From Candidatus Iainarchaeum sp. (lineage in GTDB: Archaea; Iainarchaeota; Iainarchaeia; JAGGVJ01): a stretch of 29,641 bases of DNA. A program made the translations under genes and the position numbers. Position 1 is the first letter of the stretch. Each line of letters opens with the position of its first letter. Under the pieces are notes generated by a model. The model saw only the letters and a list, made by a program, of their open reading frames with translations, did no database searches and was not told the DNA's origin. Of the stretch, positions 9,987 through 18,281 are shown piece by piece. Location: positions 1 through 29,641 of the forward strand of contig JAGGVJ010000011.1 in the NCBI GenBank assembly GCA_021158055.1, read 5' to 3'.

Positions 9987-12900
9987 ATGGACATAAAAAT
10001 TGAAAAAATGATTCTTAAGAATTTCAAATCCTTTAAAAAAGGAAATGTCTTGTTCTCAGACGGGTTCAGCGTAATCGGGGGCCCGAACGGCAGCGGAAAA
10101 AGCAACATAATCGACGCCATATGCTTTGTCCTCGGAACCGGCAGCATGAAAAACCTGCGGGCTTCAAGGCTGACTGACCTTGTAAACAGCAAATCAAAAA
10201 ACGACAGCGCCGAAGTAAGCATTTACCTAAAGGAAAACGATGAAAAATACAAGGTAACAAGGATAATTGACAAAAAAGGAAAAGGAACCTACAAACTAAA
10301 CAACAAAAACACAAGCAAAACAGCACTCATCCAGTTCCTGCGAAGCAAAGGGATCTCACCAAACGGATACAACATCATCATGCAGGGAGACGTTGAAGGG
10401 ATAATCAAGATGAACTCCAGGCAACGCAGGCAGATCATCGACGAAGTTGCGGGGATTGCAGAATACGACGAAAAAAAAGAAGAGGCACTAAAAGAACTTC
10501 TAAAAGTGGAATCCAAAGTATCTGACGCAAACCTCATAACAAGCCAGAAAGAAGGCGGGATAGAACAGCTGAAAATCGAAAGGGACGACGCAATAAAATA
10601 CACCGAACTTAAAACCAGGTTGAAACGGGCAAAAGTAACAGTCATGAAAGAAGAATTCAATGTCATTAACGACAAAAACGAAACCCTTAAAAAGAAAATA
10701 TCTGTCCGCGATGAACGCATGGAAGAACTTGAAAAAAACAGGCAGGAACTCAACGAGGAACTTGGGGAAAAAGAAACGGAACTTCTGGAAATCAACAAAG
10801 AAATACTTGAAAAAGGCGAAAAAAGCCAGATAGAACTAAGCAAACTCGTGGACAACGCGCGGACACAATTAAGGATAACCGAAAACGAAGTAAACAGCAA
10901 AAAAGAAACAATCGAAAAAGGAAACGAGAAAATAAAAGAGCTTTCAGAACAAACAACTGAACTTGACAAAAGCTTCAAAGGCAAAAAAAATGAGCTTTCC
11001 CAAAAAGAAAAAGACCTTCAAAAACTCAATTCAATAACAGCAAAAAAAGAAGCAGACCTTGCGGCAGTTATAAGCATGCTTGAAAGCAAAAACACGGGAT
11101 TATTTGAAACTCAAAAAATGGTTGAAGAACTGGCAAAAAAAATAGACGAAAAAACAGAGGAAAACAACAAAATAAAAATAGACTCGGAAGCACTCAAAGA
11201 AAGAATCCAGCTTAAACAAGAGCACTTGAATGAACTATCCGGAAACGACGCTGAAAAAGAAAAAAGCACCGAAGAACTGAACGAAAAACACAACAACCTT
11301 GCAAGCGCCGAAAAATCACTGAACAAAAAAATAAGCAAACTTGAAGCTGAAATCAGCGACCTGTTCCAGCAGGAAAAGAAAATGAATTCGGAGTTTGAAA
11401 AAAACGAAAGAGACCTGAACGACGCCCGCGACAAGCTCACAAGCCTTCGCGCAAAATACCGGGCATACAAAGACGCCGGAATAGGCCCGACTCCCGCAAT
11501 AAAGCTTTTGAACGAGGCAAAAGAAAAAGGGCTTATTCAGGGGATACACGGAACCATTACCGAACTCTGCGAATACGACGCAAAATACGCGGGCGCAATT
11601 GAAGCGGCTGCCGGCGGAAGAATGTTTTTTGAAGTGGTCCGCGACGACAACGTCGCCGCCGAATGCATCAACTTCCTGAAAAAGAAAAACGCGGGAAGAG
11701 TCACTTTTATTCCCCTCAACAAAATCCGCTCAAGAAAACTCAGTGCATCTGAAGAAGCGTGCCTGACAAAACAAGGCGCAATTGACGTTGCAATCAACCT
11801 GATCGACTTCAACCCCGGCTACCTCAAAGCATTTGAAAACGTATTTGGCACAACTTTAATTGTTGACGACTTAACTGCAATGAAAAGAATCGGAGTCGGC
11901 TCTGCAAGGATGGTGACCCTCGAAGGAGACATAAGCGAGCTAAGCGGTACAATGAGCGGGGGGTCGAAAAGGAAATCCGGCGTGAGCCTGGTTGAGCTGA
12001 AAAAGATCGATGAGCTGGAAGCCAAAACAAAAGAATTTGATGCTGTCAAAAGAAACCTTGTAAGCCAGCTTGAATTTGTCCGCAGCTGCTCAAACAACAA
12101 AAGAGAGGAAAAAACCAGCCGGGAAATTGAACTGAAAGGAACCCAAGTTGAAAAAAAAACAATCAGCGAAATGATCGTGCAAAGGCAACATTCAGGTTCA
12201 GGCAACAGAGTTGACGAATTAAAATCAGAGATCTCAAAAATCAAGTCAGAAATAGAAAAGAAAAAAGAACTGCAGAAAAAAGCAGAGTTTCAATTAAAGG
12301 AACTGCGCGACAAGCGGGCTTCACACGAAAAAAAACTTGAAAAATCAAGGGACTCAAAAGACAACAAGGCAATTGAAAAAGAAAGAACTGAACTTGAAAA
12401 ACTGAAAGAGGAAAAAACCACGCTTGTTGTTGAAATAGAATCCCTGAAATCGGAAGTTGAAAAAGTTTACGATGCAAAAAACCAGTCCTTTTCAGCGCGG
12501 ATCGACGATATAACAAACGAAAACGAACTGCTCAACAATGAAATAAAAAAACGAACAGAAGAAAGCGACAAAATAAAAGAAGAACTCAGGAAAAACGAAG
12601 CTGAACTTGACAAAGTTTCAGGGACAATGCACAAGTTGAACCTTCAAAAAACCAAACTCGCAAACGAACTGGAGGAAAAAAGCAGAAGCTGCGGTAAAAT
12701 AAACCAGGAACTGACAAAGCTTGAGCGCGAAATAAACAACTTCAGGATAGAAAAAGCAAGGATTGAAACCCGTCTGGAGGATTTGCTGGCGGAATCCGGA
12801 ATGGAAAAAGAAAGCGAAGACGAAGAAATAAAACCGCTGAAAGAGCCCGTGAAAAAACTCGTTGAAGAAATCCCAAAAATAGAGGATGAATTAAGGTCTC

Positions 12901-13523
12901 TTGAACCTATTAACCTGCGCGCGATCGAGTCTTATGACGAGCAAAAAAAAGAACTTGAATATATGAAAGAAAAAATAACCCAGCTTTCAGACGAGAAAAA
13001 AGCAATACTTCAAATGATGGACACAATTGAAAGCAACCGCTATGAAGTGTTCATGAAAACCTTCAACAAAGTAAATGAAAACTTCAAAAAAATATTCAGA
13101 AAAATGGCCAACGGTGACGGCGAACTTTCCCTTGAAAACGCTTCGGATCCCCTTGAAACAGGGCTCACGATTTCTGCCCAGCCGTCAGGAAAAGAAGTGA
13201 AAAACCTGGATTCAATGAGCGGCGGGGAAAAAGCACTCACTGCACTTACCTTTGTTTTTGCAATTCATTTGTCTGAACCAGCGCCGTTTTACATCCTTGA
13301 CGAGGCAGACGCCCCGCTTGACAAGGTAAACAGTGAAAAGCTCGGGGAAATGATTAAAGAATTTTCCTCTGAAACCCAGTTCATTGCCATTTCCCACAAC
13401 GACACCATGTTCCGCTCAGCAAACCAGGTCATAGGAGTCGCTTTAAACGGCAGTGACGGCTCCTCAGTTTTGGGCCTTCCGCTTCGGGAGCACTCGCAGT
13501 CGCCTAAAAAAGTAAAAAGCTGA
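9987..13523 (+). CDS. smc: Chromosome segregation protein SMC (condensin)
   Basis: Walker A GPNGSGKSN, Q-loop IMQGD, coiled coils, hinge (GRVTFIPLN, GDISELSGTMSGG), signature MSGGEK, Walker B/D-loop LDEADAPLD, ISH; 1178 aa. Confidence 0.97.
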   Translation: MDIKIEKMILKNFKSFKKGNVLFSDGFSVIGGPNGSGKSNIIDAICFVLGTGSMKNLRASRLTDLVNSKSKNDSAEVSIYLKENDEKYKVTRIIDKKGKGTYKLNNKNTSKTALIQFLRSKGISPNGYNIIMQGDVEGIIKMNSRQRRQIIDEVAGIAEYDEKKEEALKELLKVESKVSDANLITSQKEGGIEQLKIERDDAIKYTELKTRLKRAKVTVMKEEFNVINDKNETLKKKISVRDERMEELEKNRQELNEELGEKETELLEINKEILEKGEKSQIELSKLVDNARTQLRITENEVNSKKETIEKGNEKIKELSEQTTELDKSFKGKKNELSQKEKDLQKLNSITAKKEADLAAVISMLESKNTGLFETQKMVEELAKKIDEKTEENNKIKIDSEALKERIQLKQEHLNELSGNDAEKEKSTEELNEKHNNLASAEKSLNKKISKLEAEISDLFQQEKKMNSEFEKNERDLNDARDKLTSLRAKYRAYKDAGIGPTPAIKLLNEAKEKGLIQGIHGTITELCEYDAKYAGAIEAAAGGRMFFEVVRDDNVAAECINFLKKKNAGRVTFIPLNKIRSRKLSASEEACLTKQGAIDVAINLIDFNPGYLKAFENVFGTTLIVDDLTAMKRIGVGSARMVTLEGDISELSGTMSGGSKRKSGVSLVELKKIDELEAKTKEFDAVKRNLVSQLEFVRSCSNNKREEKTSREIELKGTQVEKKTISEMIVQRQHSGSGNRVDELKSEISKIKSEIEKKKELQKKAEFQLKELRDKRASHEKKLEKSRDSKDNKAIEKERTELEKLKEEKTTLVVEIESLKSEVEKVYDAKNQSFSARIDDITNENELLNNEIKKRTEESDKIKEELRKNEAELDKVSGTMHKLNLQKTKLANELEEKSRSCGKINQELTKLEREINNFRIEKARIETRLEDLLAESGMEKESEDEEIKPLKEPVKKLVEEIPKIEDELRSLEPINLRAIESYDEQKKELEYMKEKITQLSDEKKAILQMMDTIESNRYEVFMKTFNKVNENFKKIFRKMANGDGELSLENASDPLETGLTISAQPSGKEVKNLDSMSGGEKALTALTFVFAIHLSEPAPFYILDEADAPLDKVNSEKLGEMIKEFSSETQFIAISHNDTMFRSANQVIGVALNGSDGSSVLGLPLREHSQSPKKVKS

Positions 13524-13611
13524 CAAAAAACAACAAAAAACAGTAATTGATTTTTTTTATTTGACAAAAAAGGCAAAAAAACAATTGCTATAGATTAAAA
13601 GTTATTAAACT

Positions 13612-13643
13612 AAAAAAGAGTGGGGGTGAAGTTGCCTTCACCC
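13612..13643 (-). terminator. Hairpin + U-tract terminator after rpl12
   Basis: GGGTGAAG-gcaa-CTTCACCC 8-bp stem (13624-13643) followed by CCACTCTTTTTT on the minus strand. Confidence 0.7.
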
Positions 13644-13659
13644 GCAATTTGTTTTGATT

Positions 13660-13962
13660 TTATCCGAAGAGCGCGCCAAGTCCTGCGGCTGCTTCTTCTT
13701 CTTTCTTTTCTTCTTTTTCTTCTTCTTTCTTTTCTTCAGCTGCCGGTGCCGCTTCCGCTGCCGGTGCTGCTGCGGGTGCCGCTGCAACTGCCGCGGTTTT
13801 TATTGCTTCTTCGATGTCAACACCGTCGAGAGCTGCAACCATTGCTTTTACCCGTGCGCCGTCTGCTTCTACGCCTGCGGCTTTCATTATCTTGGTTATC
13901 GCGTCTTCAGTTATGTCCTTTTTTGCTGCGTGCAAGAGCATTGCACTGTAAACATATTCCAT
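13660..13962 (-). CDS. rpl12: 50S ribosomal stalk protein P1 (L12p)
   Basis: [11 protein letters not shown] start, Ala-rich hinge, acidic tail ending GLGALFG; SD GGAGGT. Confidence 0.98.
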   Translation of the reverse strand: MEYVYSAMLLHAAKKDITEDAITKIMKAAGVEADGARVKAMVAALDGVDIEEAIKTAAVAAAPAAAPAAEAAPAAEEKKEEEKEEKKEEEAAAGLGALFG

Positions 13963-14084
13963 TTCATTACCTCCAGCTTATACTTTGTTCTCCTTTGTCT
14001 TTATCATTTCTTGCTTGTTTTTCTTGTATCTTAAACTTCTTTATCCATCTGCTTCTTCTGTTTTTTCAATAACATTTATTTCAT

Positions 14085-15212
14085 TCATTTCTTTGAATCT
14101 GCCAAAGTCTCCTTTTTTGACTCTTTGTCAGAAAATTTTTCTGCCGGTTCTGCCCGGGCTGCTTTGTCAGCCTTTGGCTCGGCTGAATCATCGGACTTTG
14201 GTTCTGCTGAATCACCACTTTTCGCTTCTTCAGCTGAAGATTCCTCTTTTTTTGAATCAGTTTCAGTTTCAGCTGCTTCAGCCTTCAAGTCAGTTTCAAC
14301 TGATTCAGCCGGATGTTCTTTGTCAACTGCTTCAGCTGACTGTTTCTGACCAGCTGCTTCAACTTGTTCCGGAATCACCGCGGCAAGGGCAGCTGACTGC
14401 CTGCCTGCTTTTTGAATGACTTGCGTTATCGTCTCTTTTGTGAGAATATTTGCCTCTATTGCGAGTGCGCGTGCGTCACTGAATGCTTTTGACATCATCA
14501 AAGGCAACGTGTCTTTGTTGTGTATTCCTGCATTGAACGCAAGATTAAAGGCGCTTGAATACGCTGTTGCGAAATTGCCCGCGTATTCTTCTTCGTCGAT
14601 TTTCAGGACACTGCCTGTGAAAACAGAGCCCCCTTCGCATACTGCAACAAGGTTCATTCCTACTTTAAGCGGTTCAATTTTAAGCTTTGTGAGGGCTGCT
14701 GCCACTTTATCGCTTATGACTTCGCCTGCCCTGACCACCACTTTGTCTTTTGCAACCGCTATTTTTCCTTCCTGGATTTTTGTTTCAAGCCCTGCCTGCT
14801 TGAGAACAGAAAGATCCGGTCCGGGAATCATGTCTGTTTTTCCTGCCTTGACCTTAACATCTTCCGGGGCAATTGCCCCTGCTTTTGCAGGCGCTGACGA
14901 CTTGTTTTTGTTGATTGTCGCGTAAAGCTTGAACGGGTTCATTTCAGTCATGACTATTACGCACGGTCCTTTAAAGTGAGGGATCAGCTCTTTCAGACCC
15001 TCTTTTTTTGACTCTGTTATCGCCCTTTCAAACAAGGTCTTTTTGGCCATGCGCATTTTCATGCCTGAACGCAGTGACGCCCTCATTTTCTGCAGTTGTT
15101 TTGCAGGGAGGTTTTCAAGGTTTATTATCCCGACTATCGACGGGGAAGAAATAACTTGCGACAAATCTTTTACTTCCTTGACTTTCCAGTCGGCAATTGC
15201 TGCTGAGCCCAT
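14085..15212 (-). CDS. rpl10: 50S ribosomal protein uL10 (P0) with atypical acidic tail
   Basis: LPAKQLQKMR, NPFKL, PAKAGAIAP, three AxxxAxxLA stalk-binding helices; operon position between rpl1 and rpl12. Confidence 0.96.
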   Translation of the reverse strand: MGSAAIADWKVKEVKDLSQVISSPSIVGIINLENLPAKQLQKMRASLRSGMKMRMAKKTLFERAITESKKEGLKELIPHFKGPCVIVMTEMNPFKLYATINKNKSSAPAKAGAIAPEDVKVKAGKTDMIPGPDLSVLKQAGLETKIQEGKIAVAKDKVVVRAGEVISDKVAAALTKLKIEPLKVGMNLVAVCEGGSVFTGSVLKIDEEEYAGNFATAYSSAFNLAFNAGIHNKDTLPLMMSKAFSDARALAIEANILTKETITQVIQKAGRQSAALAAVIPEQVEAAGQKQSAEAVDKEHPAESVETDLKAEAAETETDSKKEESSAEEAKSGDSAEPKSDDSAEPKADKAARAEPAEKFSDKESKKETLADSKK

Positions 15213-15215
15213 TTC

Positions 15216-15866
15216 TTACACCCCCACCTTTACAGGCGAACCCATCGTGGTTTTCACATAAATTGATTTTATGTTGACATCGCCTTTCTCAAGTTTGGAC
15301 TTCACTGCCTCGTAAACTGCGAAAGCATTGTCTGCTATCTCGTTTACAGGCATAGACTCCGAGCCGATTGAAACATGCACTACGGGCATGAACTTTCCTT
15401 TTGCGTTTGAAACAGTAATCATTGACTTTGCTCTTTTTACAATGGCTTCAAGGTTCTGGTTTGGCAAAAGCGGTTTAGGCATTTTTTTCCTGGGCCCGAG
15501 AACAACACCCCATGTTTTACCGATTTCGGCCATGAGTTGCGGTTCTGAAAAGAAAAAGTCAAATTCTTCTGCAATGTCTTTCAATGCCTTTTTGTCTTTT
15601 GCAAGTTCTGTTACCTTGTCTTTTTTTATGATCCGGTCTACTTTTCCCTGCGCTGTTTTTGCCATTGCGTCTTCTGCAAACAAACACACTTTGGGTTCTT
15701 TTCCCCTGCTCTTCGGCAAATGCACTTCAACATTGATTCTCTTTTCCGGTTTTGAAAAATCTATTGCCCTGAAATTCATGATTAAATCCACTGACTGGGT
15801 AAACTTTCTTTTCTTTGAGTTTTCAAGGGCTGTTTTTATTCCCTGCTCAAACATTTTTTTTTCCAT
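15216..15866 (-). CDS. rpl1: 50S ribosomal protein uL1
   Basis: KRKFTQSVDL, LGPRKKMPKP, NIKSIYVKTTMG; SD GGAGG. Confidence 0.97.
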   Translation of the reverse strand: MEKKMFEQGIKTALENSKKRKFTQSVDLIMNFRAIDFSKPEKRINVEVHLPKSRGKEPKVCLFAEDAMAKTAQGKVDRIIKKDKVTELAKDKKALKDIAEEFDFFFSEPQLMAEIGKTWGVVLGPRKKMPKPLLPNQNLEAIVKRAKSMITVSNAKGKFMPVVHVSIGSESMPVNEIADNAFAVYEAVKSKLEKGDVNIKSIYVKTTMGSPVKVGV

Positions 15867-15906
15867 TTTATCCCTCCTGCTTGTATTTTAGCAGTGATTG
15901 CGGGTT

Positions 15907-16377
15907 TTAAAACAACGAGTCGTGTTTTCCCTTATCTATTTCCGTTTGGATTTTTCTCGGGTCTTTTCCTTCAACAGTTATTCCCATGGAAGTTGCTGTT
16001 CCAAGCACTTCCTTGGTTTTTGCCTTGAGGGTTCCGCCGAGAAGCGAGTCGCTTTTCATTCTCGCGACCTTTGTTATTTGTTCAAGCGAAATGTCCCCTG
16101 CGACTTCAGAGCCCGGTTTTTGGCTTGCTTTCTTGAGGCCAATCTCTTTTTTGACCAGCGAGCTTGTCGGCGGGGTTCCGACTTCTATGTCAAACTCTTT
16201 TGTCTTGTCGTCAATCTTGACTTTCACGGGAACCTGCATTCCGGCAAAATCTTTTGTTTTTTCATTTATTTTTGTTATGACGTCGTTTATATTGACGCCC
16301 ATCGGTCCGAGACTTGGTCCGAGCGGTGGTCCTGCACTTGCTTTTCCTCCGTCGACCAGTGCTTCTACTACTGCCAT
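15907..16377 (-). CDS. rpl11: 50S ribosomal protein uL11
   Basis: GGKASAGPPLGPSLGPMG, GTPPTSSL, KEVLGTATSMG; SD GGTGA. Confidence 0.98.
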   Translation of the reverse strand: MAVVEALVDGGKASAGPPLGPSLGPMGVNINDVITKINEKTKDFAGMQVPVKVKIDDKTKEFDIEVGTPPTSSLVKKEIGLKKASQKPGSEVAGDISLEQITKVARMKSDSLLGGTLKAKTKEVLGTATSMGITVEGKDPRKIQTEIDKGKHDSLF

Positions 16378-16925
16378 TCAATCACCTTTTTTACCCCGTA
16401 GTTCGGGCCGCGTTGAAACGCGTTTGATTATTTTTCGGTTTTTTCTTTATTTACGTCTATTTATCTTTATTTTTTGTTGTCTGCTTCCTTGTTTCCTTGT
16501 TTCCTTGTTATTTTGTTTTCGTATTTTTAAAGCAAAAACAGTTTTTACTTAAAAACACCTTAACACTATAATACTTCAAAAAGAGTGTTTAACTCTAAAC
16601 TGCTTGTTGTATTGCTTGTTAAAAACAGCGTTTCAAGTGAAACATCAATAATACAGTGTTTTTTATATTTAAATGATTCGGACAGTGGTGTTTTAATCGC
16701 GCTTTCAGGTGTGAAGCTGCAATTATTCGCTGTTATCCATCATCTGCGTAATACTAACTATTAATATTTATTTGATTCGACAAGTGCTTTGTTTTGGTGT
16801 GCGTTGGGTGTGCTTAGCCGGGGGGATTGAATGGTTTATTTTGTCTGGTGCGGTTTGGCTTCTGCTGAGTCAGAGTTTTTTGTTCAGGTAAATCTGAATT
16901 AATTTAAATCCATTATTATTGAATG

Positions 16926-17426
16926 TCAAGTTACTTGTGTAAACGAAGATGTTCTTTTTCCCATGGGATCCTGAATCGAAAACGGCATTGAGTGGTTTCT
17001 AAACGCTGCGCTTGCGGCTTTTGAAATGCATTCCTGTGTTATGATGCTTTGGCGTGTGCTTAAATCATTGTAACGCAAAACTCTTCTTTCCCCGACCTCA
17101 AGTTCCTTTTCCACTTTCGTGGTTGCGCAGTAAGCGCCGTTGAAGTAAAAGTCATAGGAACCGCTTGGAATCGGTTCAATGCCTTTGTTTTTCACAGCTA
17201 TTACAACAGGGTTGAACATGTTGATGTCTGTGTTTTTGAGCTGGGAGTCTATCTGGATATAATATTGGCGCACGCCGATTGACTGTGCCTGGCTTCTCAC
17301 CGCAGCCTGTGAATTTTCCTGCGTGTTCGTAATCCACAAAAACACAAGGGACCCTGAAACAAGAGCTATAAACATAAGCAAAAGAAGAGTGACAAGTGAT
17401 GATGCTGGTTTTCCGCCTATAGACAT
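16926..17426 (-). CDS. Type IV pilin-like protein (minor), class III-like signal peptide
   Basis: Start moved to ATG 17426 (SD GCGGTGA). GKPA/SSLVTLLLLMFIALVSGSLVFLW; IQIDSQL..VKNKG..SGSYDFYFNGAYC parallels the neighbouring pilin. Confidence 0.75.
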   Translation of the reverse strand: MSIGGKPASSLVTLLLLMFIALVSGSLVFLWITNTQENSQAAVRSQAQSIGVRQYYIQIDSQLKNTDINMFNPVVIAVKNKGIEPIPSGSYDFYFNGAYCATTKVEKELEVGERRVLRYNDLSTRQSIITQECISKAASAAFRNHSMPFSIQDPMGKRTSSFTQVT

Positions 17427-17551
17427 TGTTTCACCGCAAACACTGAAAGTGGACAATGGAATATAAACCTTGATTAAATAACCAAAAAAAGAGATAACTG
17501 AATATTATAAAATTATAAAAACTTGACAAGAAACAGGGATTAAAAACAGTT

Positions 17552-17595
17552 GAAAAAGAAAAAAAAGAAAATAGAGCAACCGAAGCTGCCCTATT
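17552..17595 (-). terminator. cUUCGg hairpin + long U-tract after the major pilin
   Basis: Minus-strand RNA AAUAGGGCAGC-UUCG-GUUGCUCUAUU (11 bp, two G-U pairs) followed by a U-rich run. Confidence 0.85.
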
Positions 17596-17607
17596 CAGTT
17601 AAAAAAC

Positions 17608-18090
17608 TTATGCTACGAGGGTGTATTCTTCACCGACAACTCCTTCAGGTCCAGTTACTTTGAACTTATGTGAAGTTGAACTACCTGAAACATCACATGC
17701 TGCAAGAAGTGCGTCGGTGAATATAATGGTTGTTCTGTTTCCATCACCCAATGCATCCTCTGTGTCAGTATCACTACAATACTGCCCATCAACATACAAC
17801 GAATATGCTCCACTATTAATTATGCTTCCACCGATGTTCCTGATTGAAACACTAACATCTACAGCGTCAGCAACTAAATCACTATTTGCTATCTGTGACT
17901 CAATAGCAATCTGCTTGTTTTTGTTGATCTTTGTGTCAACTGTGTCTCTTACTTTTGCCTGTGTTCCGGACTGAAGTCCTACGCTCCAAATGTAAGCGAG
18001 AACTGCGGCTGCTACTGCAACTGCGACCATCAGAACGACGGCAATAACTGGAGACAACGCTCTTTTATCTTTTCTTAATATTGTCTTCAT
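17608..18090 (-). CDS. Archaeal type IV pilin (probable major pilin, Pilin_N/DUF1628-like)
   Basis: KDKRA/LSPVIAVVLMVAVAVAAAVLAYIW canonical PibD/FlaK site; IRNIG..LYVDG; strong SD GGAGGT and its own terminator. Confidence 0.92.
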   Translation of the reverse strand: MKTILRKDKRALSPVIAVVLMVAVAVAAAVLAYIWSVGLQSGTQAKVRDTVDTKINKNKQIAIESQIANSDLVADAVDVSVSIRNIGGSIINSGAYSLYVDGQYCSDTDTEDALGDGNRTTIIFTDALLAACDVSGSSTSHKFKVTGPEGVVGEEYTLVA

Positions 18091-18154
18091 TTATATTACC
18101 TCCATTTATGGAATAGAATACATCAAAGAAGTTACAATCCCTTTAAAAAGATTA

Positions 18155-18210
18155 CTGAAAAAACGACACCACTAAATAGTAACAACAGGCGCAAAACAGC
18201 GTTTTTTCAG
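18155..18210. repeat. Perfect 11-bp inverted repeat upstream of the pilin gene
   Basis: CTGAAAAAACG (18155-18165) and CGTTTTTTCAG (18200-18210), 34-nt spacer; TA-rich TATA-like stretch at 18217-18231. Confidence 0.6.
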
Positions 18211-18281
18211 GAATAATTATATATAATATATGATATAAAACTAATTTCCAAGCAAAATTCAATCAAAAAATCAAGCCGGTT

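Noticed and set aside
663-13576. Many short alternative-frame and antisense ORFs inside the giant gene and smc
   Set aside because: Shadows of long, well-supported CDSs with no recognisable motifs.
13620-16552. Plus-strand ORFs over the ribosomal protein operon
   Set aside because: Antisense, low-complexity translations of clear ribosomal protein genes.
16831-16902. 23-aa ORF MVYFVWCGLASAESEFFVQVNLN after a GGGGGGA run
   Set aside because: Too short, no homology cue, and opposite to both flanking genes.
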